DNA of 64,000 nucleotides from an uncultured Phocaeicola sp. (GTDB lineage Bacteria > Bacteroidota > Bacteroidia > Bacteroidales > Bacteroidaceae): positions 1,031 through 65,030 of the forward strand of contig CAYXZF010000002.1 in assembly GCA_964469845.1 (NCBI GenBank). Reading direction: 5' to 3'. Under the pieces are notes generated by a model. It was not told the origin of the DNA. It made no database searches and was given only the letters and a program-made list of their open reading frames with translations. A program made the translations under genes and the position numbers. Of this stretch, positions 19,501 to 27,279 are shown piece by piece; position 1 is the first letter of the stretch, and the number at the start of each line of letters is the position of its first letter.

Positions 19501-20202
19501 ATGGTTTATTCACACGAAGTTGAACACATGTGTGTTGTAAAGAAGGGTCCTAACCATGGACCGGCTCCAATTCCTGAAGAAGGTAAGTGGGTAAAATCAA
19601 AAGAAATCAAAGACATTTCCGGTTTGACACACGGTATCGGTTGGTGCGCTCCTCAGCAGGGTGCATGTAAACTGACACTGAACGTAAAAGAAGGTGTTAT
19701 TCAGGAAGCGTTGGTCGAAACAATCGGTTGCTCAGGTATGACTCACTCTGCAGCCATGGCTTCAGAAATCCTCCCGGGCAAAACTATCTTGGAAGCATTG
19801 AACACCGACTTGGTGTGCGACGCTATCAATACAGCCATGCGCGAATTGTTCCTGCAAATTGTTTACGGTCGTACTCAGTCTGCTTTCTCAGAAGGCGGCT
19901 TGGTTATCGGTGCCGGTTTGGAAGACTTGGGTAAGGGTCTTCGCAGTCAGGTAGGTACTCTGTATGGCACATTGGCCAAGGGTCCCCGTTACTTGGAAAT
20001 GGCCGAAGGCTACATCAAGCGAGTGGCTCTTGACAAGGATGACCAGATTTGCGGTTATGAGTTCGTTCACCTGGGTAAATTCATGGACGAAATCAAGAAG
20101 GGTACAGACGCTAACGAAGCTTTGAAGAAAGTAACAGGTACTTACGGACGCTTCACAGCCGAACAGGGTGCAGTTAAACATATTGATCCACGTCACGAAT
20201 AA
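19501..20202 (+). CDS. NifU/IscU-like domain protein of unknown function (partner of the GGGtGRT protein)
   Basis: 233 aa. GACKLTLNVKEGVIQEA and ETIGCSGMTHSAAMASE resemble the first two Cys-containing segments of the IscU/NifU N-terminal scaffold. Confidence 0.7.
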   Translation: MVYSHEVEHMCVVKKGPNHGPAPIPEEGKWVKSKEIKDISGLTHGIGWCAPQQGACKLTLNVKEGVIQEALVETIGCSGMTHSAAMASEILPGKTILEALNTDLVCDAINTAMRELFLQIVYGRTQSAFSEGGLVIGAGLEDLGKGLRSQVGTLYGTLAKGPRYLEMAEGYIKRVALDKDDQICGYEFVHLGKFMDEIKKGTDANEALKKVTGTYGRFTAEQGAVKHIDPRHE

Positions 20203-20220
20203 TATAAGGAGGAAAAAACT

Positions 20221-21231
20221 ATGATTAGAGAAGTAAAATTCGAAAGCCAAGACCGTCGTATCAAGCAGATTCTCGCTGCATTGAACGAAAACGGTATTAA
20301 AGACATCGAAGAAGCTAACGCTATCTGCGACCAATATGGTTTGGATCCTTATTTGGCATGTGAAGAAACTCAGCCTATTTGCTTTGAAAACGCCAAATGG
20401 GCTTACGTGGTAGGTTGCGCCATCGCTATCAAGAAGGGCGTGAAGACAGCTGCCGAAGCTGCCGAAGCCATCGGTATCGGCTTGCAGGCATTCTGCATCC
20501 CGGGTTCTGTAGCCGATGACCGTAAAGTAGGTCTCGGACACGGTAACCTCGCAGCAATGTTGCTCCGCGAAGAAACAAAGTGTTTCGCATTCTTGGCAGG
20601 TCACGAATCATTCGCAGCAGCCGAAGGTGCCATCAAGATTGCCGCTAAGGCCGACAAGGTGCGCAAGGAACCGCTTCGCGTTATCTTGAACGGTTTGGGC
20701 AAGGACGCCGCTCAGATTATTTCACGTATCAACGGCTTTACTTACGTACAGACTCAGTTCGACTATTATACAGGCGAATTGAAAGAAGTACAACGCATCG
20801 CTTACTCTGACGGTCCCCGTGCAAAGGTAAACTGCTATGGTGCAGACGATGTTCGCGAAGGTGTAGCCATCATGTGGAAAGAAGGCGTAGACGTATCCAT
20901 CACAGGTAACTCTACCAACCCTACTCGCTTCCAACACCCGGTTGCCGGTACTTACAAGAAGGAACGCGTATTGGCTGGTAAGCCATACTTCTCAGTAGCT
21001 TCAGGTGGCGGTACAGGTCGTACTCTTCACCCGGACAACATGGCTGCCGGTCCTGCTTCTTACGGTATGACAGACACTATGGGCCGTATGCACTCAGATG
21101 CTCAGTTCGCTGGTTCTTCATCAGTTCCTGCTCACGTAGAAATGATGGGCTTCCTCGGTATCGGTAACAACCCGATGGTAGGATGTACAGTTGCTTGCGC
21201 CGTAGACGTTGCTACAGCTTTGAATAAGTAA
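20221..21231 (+). CDS. GGGtGRT family protein (function unknown)
   Basis: 336 aa containing the literal family signature SGGGTGRTLHPDN. It starts 18 nt after the NifU-like gene and is followed by a strong terminator. Confidence 0.8.
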   Translation: MIREVKFESQDRRIKQILAALNENGIKDIEEANAICDQYGLDPYLACEETQPICFENAKWAYVVGCAIAIKKGVKTAAEAAEAIGIGLQAFCIPGSVADDRKVGLGHGNLAAMLLREETKCFAFLAGHESFAAAEGAIKIAAKADKVRKEPLRVILNGLGKDAAQIISRINGFTYVQTQFDYYTGELKEVQRIAYSDGPRAKVNCYGADDVREGVAIMWKEGVDVSITGNSTNPTRFQHPVAGTYKKERVLAGKPYFSVASGGGTGRTLHPDNMAAGPASYGMTDTMGRMHSDAQFAGSSSVPAHVEMMGFLGIGNNPMVGCTVACAVDVATALNK

Positions 21232-21308
21232 TCAATACTTAACCGCAATAAAAAATCCCTGTAGCTCGATGAGTTACGGGGATTTTCTTTTTTCATTTTT
21301 GTATTAAA
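21076..21308 (+). repeat. Direct repeat copy 1: last ~155 nt of the GGGtGRT gene plus its terminator
   Basis: Aligns by eye at roughly 90 percent identity with 22469-22705 (about 20 substitutions and a 1-nt indel). Confidence 0.9.
21254..21293 (+). terminator. Intrinsic terminator of the NifU-like/GGGtGRT operon
   Basis: AATCCCTGTAGCTC / GAGTTACGGGGATT stem (with G-U pairs) followed by TTCTTTTTT. Confidence 0.75.
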
Positions 21309-21410
21309 CCGTCATCTAAAATACTTCAGTACATAGAACGACTGTTTAACAACAACCTAAACACTTACCTGTTTTTTCTTGTTATGGTTGTATTTTATAC
21401 AAGAAATCAC

Positions 21411-21418
21411 TAATTTTG
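21411..21418 (+). promoter_or_regulatory. -7 box TAATTTTG for the inserted three-gene cassette
   Basis: Exact TAnnTTTG match about 60 nt upstream of the ATG at 21479. Confidence 0.5.
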
Positions 21419-21478
21419 CATAGAATAAAAATTCAATCATGAAGTGCGAAATCGCTGTTTAATTGGAAATACCCATTT

Positions 21479-21718
21479 ATGGAAGAAATCAGAAAAATAT
21501 CGAAAGAGCAAATTGTAATGTCGTTTGTAGCCACTTGCATTGAAACAACTGCAAGACAACTGAACACAACTTACAATGAGATATTCCAACGAATGGAACG
21601 TGTTGGTTTGATTGAAAATTATATCATACCTAATTACGAACCTCTCCATAGCGAAAGCCGTGAAGTTCTGGCAGAACGTATCATTGAATGTTTAAACAAC
21701 TGGGAAAATAGATTATGA
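21479..21718 (+). CDS. Small helical protein, DUF3791-like (copy A)
   Basis: 79 aa. Its stop overlaps the next start (ATGA at 21715-21718). Family name is by recollection of Bacteroides/Clostridia annotations, where it pairs with DUF3990. Confidence 0.65.
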   Translation: MEEIRKISKEQIVMSFVATCIETTARQLNTTYNEIFQRMERVGLIENYIIPNYEPLHSESREVLAERIIECLNNWENRL

Positions 21719-22206
21719 ATACAATTGTAGTATATCACGGAGGTACAGAAAAAATAGAAAGCCCTATTTGCAAACTTGGACGAAAGAATCTGGATTTCGG
21801 CCAAGGTTTCTACATTACCAGTTTACGTAAACAAGCAATCACATGGGCAAACAGCATGGCTGGAAACAGAAATATGCCTGCCGTGCTAAACCGATATAAA
21901 CTGGATAGAGATAGCATTTTGAGAGAAGCCAAATGTAAAATTTTTAAGGCATACGATAAAGAATGGCTTGAATTTATCGTTGGCAATCGTACAGGACAAA
22001 ACTTAGCAAAGGATTATGATTATGTAGAAGGCGGTGTAGCAAATGACCGTGTTATTGATACAATCAATTTATATATTGCCGGATTGATAGATTTCGGTTC
22101 TGCATTGAGAGAACTGGCGAAACACCAACCCAACAATCAAATATGTATGCTCAACCAAGAACTCGTAAACAAGTATCTCACTTATGATGGAACAGAAGAA
22201 TTATAA
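21715..22206 (+). CDS. DUF3990-like protein with a PARP/ART-like H-Y-E motif pattern
   Basis: 163 aa. VVYHGG (H8), DFGQGFYITS (Y33) and DYVEGG (E105) occur in the order expected for an H-Y-E ADP-ribosyltransferase fold. Confidence 0.7.
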   Translation: MNTIVVYHGGTEKIESPICKLGRKNLDFGQGFYITSLRKQAITWANSMAGNRNMPAVLNRYKLDRDSILREAKCKIFKAYDKEWLEFIVGNRTGQNLAKDYDYVEGGVANDRVIDTINLYIAGLIDFGSALRELAKHQPNNQICMLNQELVNKYLTYDGTEEL

Positions 22207-22435
22207 TAATCCTACCAAGTCACCGGTCATTCAGGAAATCATAATGAGCAATAGAATTGGTGCCATCAGTATTCTCTTGGCAGAACAGCTTAATATCAAT
22301 AGTGTTAAAGCACTAAAACTGTTCTATATGAGCCAAACATGTGCCAACTTACATGATAAATCAACCGGACTCTATCTGTATGGTGATTTATATGTTGTTG
22401 ATGAGTTTATAAGAGAAATGGAGAATAGGCAATAA
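22184..22435 (+). CDS. Small helical protein, DUF3791-like (copy B)
   Basis: 83-aa ORF overlapping the previous gene by 23 nt; an alternative start is MSNRIGAIS at 22244. Weak similarity to copy A (I[IV]MS..A.QLN..E.I.E). Confidence 0.6.
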   Translation: MMEQKNYNNPTKSPVIQEIIMSNRIGAISILLAEQLNINSVKALKLFYMSQTCANLHDKSTGLYLYGDLYVVDEFIREMENRQ

Positions 22436-22468
22436 TCATGCGACTTATTCCGAACACATCAAATAAAA

Positions 22469-22625
22469 ACTATGGGTCGTATGCACTCCGACGATCAGTT
22501 TGCCGGTTGTTCATCAAGTACCTGTTCACGTAGAAATGATGAGCTTCTTGGGCATCGGCAACAACCCGATGGTAGGTTGTACAGTAGCTTGCGCCGTAGA
22601 CGTTGCTACTGCTTTGAATAAGTAA
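22469..22625 (+). pseudogene. Degraded duplicate of the 3' end of the GGGtGRT gene
   Basis: Homologous to 21076-21231. It has no upstream coding sequence and carries a 1-nt insertion (TCATCAAGTACC versus TCATCAGTTCC) that breaks the frame after ..FAG.SS. Confidence 0.85.
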
Positions 22626-22647
22626 TCAATACTTAATCGCAATAAAA

Positions 22648-22686
22648 AATCCCTGTAGCTCGATGAGTTATAGGGATTTTCTTTTT
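22648..22686 (+). terminator. Duplicated intrinsic terminator, now closing the inserted cassette
   Basis: AATCCCTGTAGCTC / GAGTTATAGGGATT stem followed by TTCTTTTT. Confidence 0.65.
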
Positions 22687-22749
22687 ATATTTTGTCGCAT
22701 TAAAAATAGGCTTTGTACCCTTTTGTCTTTTGAATGAACACTTCACCGA

Positions 22750-23553
22750 TTACTCCTTGACCACCAAGATGGACATTTCATACAGCAAATAGAGCGGAAT
22801 AGCTACCAACAGCATGGTGAACGGGTCGCCGGAAGGGGTGATGACCGCCGAAAGCACCATGAGACCGACCACCGCATAAGACTTGTACTGACGAAGGAAA
22901 GACTTATTAATCAACCCTAAGATAGAGAGAATCCATGCCAACAAAGGCATTTCGAAAACAATTCCCATCACCATAATCATCATGATGAAATTGCCGATGT
23001 AAGACGAAAGGTCAATCTGATTAAGGATGGAGGCACTCAGTTCATACTCGGTCAAGAAACGGAAGCAAAAAGGAAAGACCAAAAGATAAGCCACCATACA
23101 CCCCAAATAAAACATCAACGTGCCACCGACGAAAGCAAATCGCACATGCTTCACTTCGTGATCGAACAAAGCGGGACGAATGAATTTCCATATTTCATAG
23201 ATAACATAAGGAAAGGCTACGACCAACGCCAAGGATATGGAAGTGCTGATGTGTGTAAAGAACTGGGACGCCACATTGATGTTGATTATCTGGATGGCGA
23301 AATCATCGGAGAAGTTGAACAAGCCTCCACTGACTGCCTCCAACCAACGGTAAACAAAGAAGTCGCCCGTGGTAGGGGCAAGAATGTATCGGTCAAAGAT
23401 GTAAGGCATCGCCATAAAGGTAAACACCGTTGCCACCGCCAACACGCCAGCAATACGCACCAATGCCCATCGCAAAACTTCCAAATGATCCCAAAAAGTC
23501 AATTCTTCCTCACTATGCAGCACTTCGGGCTGCGCTTTCGTTTCCTTTTCCAT
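22750..23553 (-). CDS. tatC: Twin-arginine translocase subunit TatC
   Basis: 267 aa, 6 TM helices. Colinear with E. coli TatC (LEVLRWAL.., EIWKFIRPALF.., FEMPLLAWIL.., TPSGDPFTMLLVAIPLYLLYE). Confidence 0.93.
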   Translation of the reverse strand: MEKETKAQPEVLHSEEELTFWDHLEVLRWALVRIAGVLAVATVFTFMAMPYIFDRYILAPTTGDFFVYRWLEAVSGGLFNFSDDFAIQIININVASQFFTHISTSISLALVVAFPYVIYEIWKFIRPALFDHEVKHVRFAFVGGTLMFYLGCMVAYLLVFPFCFRFLTEYELSASILNQIDLSSYIGNFIMMIMVMGIVFEMPLLAWILSILGLINKSFLRQYKSYAVVGLMVLSAVITPSGDPFTMLLVAIPLYLLYEMSILVVKE

Positions 23554-23624
23554 TTCTTTTATTTATACACAAGAGATGTCCCCACCCATTCCTTGTGCAG
23601 GGACATCTCCTATTTACTTAATAC

Positions 23625-24536
23625 TTATTTACTATAACCGGTTTTTACGAAGTCGGCCTTCAACAGATAGTCCGCACAGGCACGCACTCCTTCCATCATG
23701 TCTTCATGTTCATAGGCTTCAGCCTCTACCACGATGTGTTCCACACCGGCGATTTCAGCATGGTTGAAGATGGCATCGAAACCCACCATACCGCTTTGGC
23801 CTATCTCCTTCTGATCCTTGATGTGCAACAGCTTGAAGCGACCCGGATACTTTTTGAAATAGGCAACGGGGCTGGCTTTTCCCATCACTGTCCAGTAAAC
23901 GTCCATCTCGAAGAATACATGTTGCGGATTGGTATGCGCAAGCATATAGTCAAGCATCACTTCCCGTTCTTCCACCTTACGGAACTCGTGCGAATGATTG
24001 TGATAACCATACTTCAAGCCCGCTTCGGCACATTTCCGTCCGATAGCGTTGTGATAATCGCACCAAGTCTGCAAATCCTTCACCGTTTCGGGGACGGACT
24101 GCGATGGAGTGACAATATACTCCATACCCGCAGCCTTATGAGCCGCGATACATTCGTCCCACCACTTCATGGTTTCTTCCGAAGGCTGTCCGGCTTTCAA
24201 CTCTTCCTCCGACAAACCGCGAGTGGTGTGTGTAGAGAGAGCTTTCAGTCCGGCCTTTTCCACACATGCCTTGAAGTCTTCGGGAGCCATACCGTAAATC
24301 TTTCCGTCCGCATAACTGGCCGTCTCAACGGTGGTATATCCCATCCGAGCCAATCCGGAAAGAATCTGTTCCTGATTGGAGGCAAACTTTTCCGGGCTGC
24401 CAATCAACTGACGGATGGAATACAACTGAAGCCCGATGTCCTTCTTCGGTGAAGTCATTTCTTTGGTTTGAGAGGGAGTACAAGCAGCCAATGCCAATGC
24501 GGCACCGGCTACCATTGTATAAACAATTTTTTTCAT
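23625..24536 (-). CDS. Xylose isomerase-like TIM-barrel protein (sugar phosphate isomerase/epimerase family), lipoprotein
   Basis: Lipobox LALAAC. GLQLYSIR.. start, HNHSHEF and HIKD motifs typical of the AP-endonuclease-2/xylose-isomerase-like barrel. Confidence 0.8.
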   Translation of the reverse strand: MKKIVYTMVAGAALALAACTPSQTKEMTSPKKDIGLQLYSIRQLIGSPEKFASNQEQILSGLARMGYTTVETASYADGKIYGMAPEDFKACVEKAGLKALSTHTTRGLSEEELKAGQPSEETMKWWDECIAAHKAAGMEYIVTPSQSVPETVKDLQTWCDYHNAIGRKCAEAGLKYGYHNHSHEFRKVEEREVMLDYMLAHTNPQHVFFEMDVYWTVMGKASPVAYFKKYPGRFKLLHIKDQKEIGQSGMVGFDAIFNHAEIAGVEHIVVEAEAYEHEDMMEGVRACADYLLKADFVKTGYSK

Positions 24537-24540
24537 CGGC

Positions 24541-25392
24541 TTAATCCATCACCTTGATACGGACATTGCGAATCCAAACATCGTCACCATGATCTTGGAA
24601 ACCGATGTAACCTTCGTGGTTTTCACCGCCGCAGTTATTCAAAAGTTCGAATGCCAACGGCCACTTGGCCTGACTGAACTTGCTGGCTTGAAGCATATCC
24701 GTCCATTGCGGTGTCCACAAGTGATATTCCAACACGTTTTCACCGTTCTGACCATGAACCACAGTGCCTTTGTAAACCATTATCTTACCTTCGTTCCATT
24801 CACCGTAAGGCTTCTGGTTCTGGGGCACGGCGGGAATCATATCGTACAAAGAAGCCGACTGACGATTATTGTCCTTACCCAACTTCGCATCGGGATGGTT
24901 GGCATTGTCGAGCAACTGATATTCCGGTGAAGAGATGTAAATGGGTTCGTAGTTGGTTTTACCATCCTTTTCGGTAGTCACTTCTTGAGCCAAGTAGAAA
25001 CAACCGGAGTTACCACCCTTAGAAACCTTCCAGTCGAACAAGAGTTCAAAATTCTTGAACTTGTGAGCGAAGATGATGTCGCCGCCATCGTTGCGCTGGC
25101 CTTCACCGTCACCGGTGCCGCAGAACTTCAAACAACCGTCTTCCAACACCCAACGACCGGGTAATTTATCCTTGCCGTATCCTCTCCATCCATCGAGTGA
25201 AGTTCCATCGAACAGCACGATGTAACCATCCTTGTCCACTTTATATTGACTGAGATCCACCTGTGGGTTTTCCACCACGGTATAAGCCGGAGTTTCTTCC
25301 ACTGCTTCTGCATTCTGCTTTTTCTGGCTTCCGCCACATGCCGCCAAGCCCAAAGCCAAAACCACGGCAGCTACGTATGTTTTCTTTTTCAT
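24541..25392 (-). CDS. DUF1080 (3-keto-disaccharide hydrolase family) lipoprotein
   Basis: Lipobox GLAAC. LFDGTSLDGWRGYG and the C-terminal GYIGFQDHGDDVWIRNVRIK are hallmark DUF1080 segments. Confidence 0.8.
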   Translation of the reverse strand: MKKKTYVAAVVLALGLAACGGSQKKQNAEAVEETPAYTVVENPQVDLSQYKVDKDGYIVLFDGTSLDGWRGYGKDKLPGRWVLEDGCLKFCGTGDGEGQRNDGGDIIFAHKFKNFELLFDWKVSKGGNSGCFYLAQEVTTEKDGKTNYEPIYISSPEYQLLDNANHPDAKLGKDNNRQSASLYDMIPAVPQNQKPYGEWNEGKIMVYKGTVVHGQNGENVLEYHLWTPQWTDMLQASKFSQAKWPLAFELLNNCGGENHEGYIGFQDHGDDVWIRNVRIKVMD

Positions 25393-25429
25393 TGTTTTAT
25401 TATTACATAAAAAGTTTTTATTTCTTTTA

Positions 25430-26908
25430 TCATTCCGGCATGGCGGGGAGTTCCCAACCGGTGCGGTATTTGTGCTTAATCAAATCGGCGGCAAACTCGC
25501 GCGCATTGACGGGTTCTGTCCAAGTCTTGTTGAAAGTGGGATGACCGTCCTTGATACTGAAGCCGTCCTTGATAACGGTGCGAATGGTCGCATCGGCCGG
25601 AATGTTGGTGAATTCCATTTTTTCGCCGTCCCAATGCAGTTCCTGATTCAAGCCTTGCAGACGAACAGCCACGACACCCATTACCACCATTTCATTGAAC
25701 GGACCGGCTTCTGAAAAGTCGGATGCACTCGGCACACGGACTTCGGGCGCTTCCTTACAGGCACGTACCCAGTCTTGCTGGTGCGACAAAGTCACCTCGC
25801 GACACAAGTTGGGAACTTCGGGCTTACGACCGGAGAGCAAATACGGTTCCGCACCGTAGCAACCGCAAATCAGTGTATCCTTGGTTCCGTGGAAAATCAC
25901 GGCACCCCCCTGTACATTCAAGTCTACACCGGCAGGCAAACCGGCAGGACGTTCGGGCTTCAAGCCGCCGTCGTACCAATAAACTTCCACTTCGGGCATC
26001 GCAACCTTCGGCATATTGTCGCGTGCCGGGAAGGTAAACTTCACCACCTGTGCGTTCGGACAAGACTCAGTCAGCAGCAAAGTGGAAGAACCTTGAATCT
26101 TGGTGGGGTAGCCCAACTTCAACGCCTTAAAGACCGGATGCAAAATATGGCAAGCCATATCCCCCAACGCACCTGTACCGAAATCCCACCAGCCACGGAA
26201 GTTCCACGGAGTATAAATAGGATTGTAAGGACGCATCGGAGCCGGACCGATAAATGCGTCCCAATTTAAAGTGGACGGCACAGCCGGCGTTTCGGCAGGT
26301 CGCTCCAAACCTTGCGGCCAAATAGGTCGGTCGGTGAAAGCCTCCACCTTGGTGATTTCGCCGATTTCGCCGTTCCAAATCCAATTACAAGCCCGACGTA
26401 CGCCTTCACCGGAAGCACCCTGATTACCCATTTGAGTAGCCACCTTGTGCTTGGCGGCCAATTTGGTAAGCAAGCGTGACTCGTAAACGGTATGCGTCAG
26501 AGGTTTTTCGCAATAGACATGCTTTCCGGCAGCGATAGCTTCGGCACAAATGATGGCATGTGTATGGTCGGCCGTGGCACAAACCACCGCGTCACACTGA
26601 TCTAACAATTCGGCGAACATCACCTTATAGTCATTGTATTTCTTTGCATTCGGATAGCGTTTGAAAACAGGGTCGGCATACTTCCAATCGACATCGCACA
26701 AACCGATAATTTCTTCTGTTTCCAAGCCGCGGAGCACAGCGGCACCACGTCCGCCGATACCTACACCTAAAATTTTCAATTTACCTTCTTTTACCTTTTT
26801 CTTCTTCGCATCTACGCCTGCGAATACACTGCCCGGAGTCATGGATAAACCGATGGCAGCCGCCGTTCCGGCTTTAAGGAACGATCTTCTAGACATTTCT
26901 TTTCCCAT
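25430..26908 (-). CDS. Tat-exported Gfo/Idh/MocA family oxidoreductase (candidate glycoside 3-dehydrogenase)
   Basis: Twin-arginine signal MSRRSFLKAGTAAAIGLS..FAG followed by a Rossmann motif ILGVGIGGRG. 492 aa; the alternative start is at 26896. Confidence 0.85.
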   Translation of the reverse strand: MGKEMSRRSFLKAGTAAAIGLSMTPGSVFAGVDAKKKKVKEGKLKILGVGIGGRGAAVLRGLETEEIIGLCDVDWKYADPVFKRYPNAKKYNDYKVMFAELLDQCDAVVCATADHTHAIICAEAIAAGKHVYCEKPLTHTVYESRLLTKLAAKHKVATQMGNQGASGEGVRRACNWIWNGEIGEITKVEAFTDRPIWPQGLERPAETPAVPSTLNWDAFIGPAPMRPYNPIYTPWNFRGWWDFGTGALGDMACHILHPVFKALKLGYPTKIQGSSTLLLTESCPNAQVVKFTFPARDNMPKVAMPEVEVYWYDGGLKPERPAGLPAGVDLNVQGGAVIFHGTKDTLICGCYGAEPYLLSGRKPEVPNLCREVTLSHQQDWVRACKEAPEVRVPSASDFSEAGPFNEMVVMGVVAVRLQGLNQELHWDGEKMEFTNIPADATIRTVIKDGFSIKDGHPTFNKTWTEPVNAREFAADLIKHKYRTGWELPAMPE

Positions 26909-26940
26909 TTTGTATTATTTAAGGGTTAATGATTGTTCGG

Positions 26941-27141
26941 TTATTTATCGGATTTGGATGTTTCGTCGTCTTCAATATCCTTTTCGATTTCACGCATACC
27001 ATCCTTGAAACTTTTCACGCCTTTGCCCAATCCCTTCATCAGTTCGGGAATCTTCTTGCCTCCCCACAACAATAAAACGACCAGCGCAATGAGTACAATT
27101 TCTCCGGTTCCGATATTTCCTAAGAACAATAAGTGTTTCAT
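26941..27141 (-). CDS. tatA: Twin-arginine translocase subunit TatA/E
   Basis: 66 aa. A single TM helix followed by an amphipathic helix ([23 protein letters not shown]) and an acidic tail. Confidence 0.9.
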   Translation of the reverse strand: MKHLLFLGNIGTGEIVLIALVVLLLWGGKKIPELMKGLGKGVKSFKDGMREIEKDIEDDETSKSDK

Positions 27142-27199
27142 GTATTTATCTTTTTATTCGTTTATGACTATTATTTTTTGTCTTATTTACAAATCATCA

Positions 27200-27233
27200 C
27201 AAAAGTAGTGCTTTTTTAATAGAATAAAGCAAA
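27200..27233 (-). promoter_or_regulatory. Promoter of the tatA operon (-7 TACTTTTG, -33 TTTG on the minus strand)
   Basis: CAAAAGTA at 27200-27207 and CAAA at 27230-27233 on the plus strand, about 60 nt upstream of the tatA ATG. Confidence 0.45.
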
Positions 27234-27279
27234 AAAGAATATGTTTTCCAACATAAAACCGATAAATATTCTCAATCAT

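Larger units (their letters stand above)
22469..22705 (+). repeat. Direct repeat copy 2: gene 3'-end remnant plus terminator
   Basis: See copy 1. The offset between the copies is 1393 bp. Confidence 0.9.
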
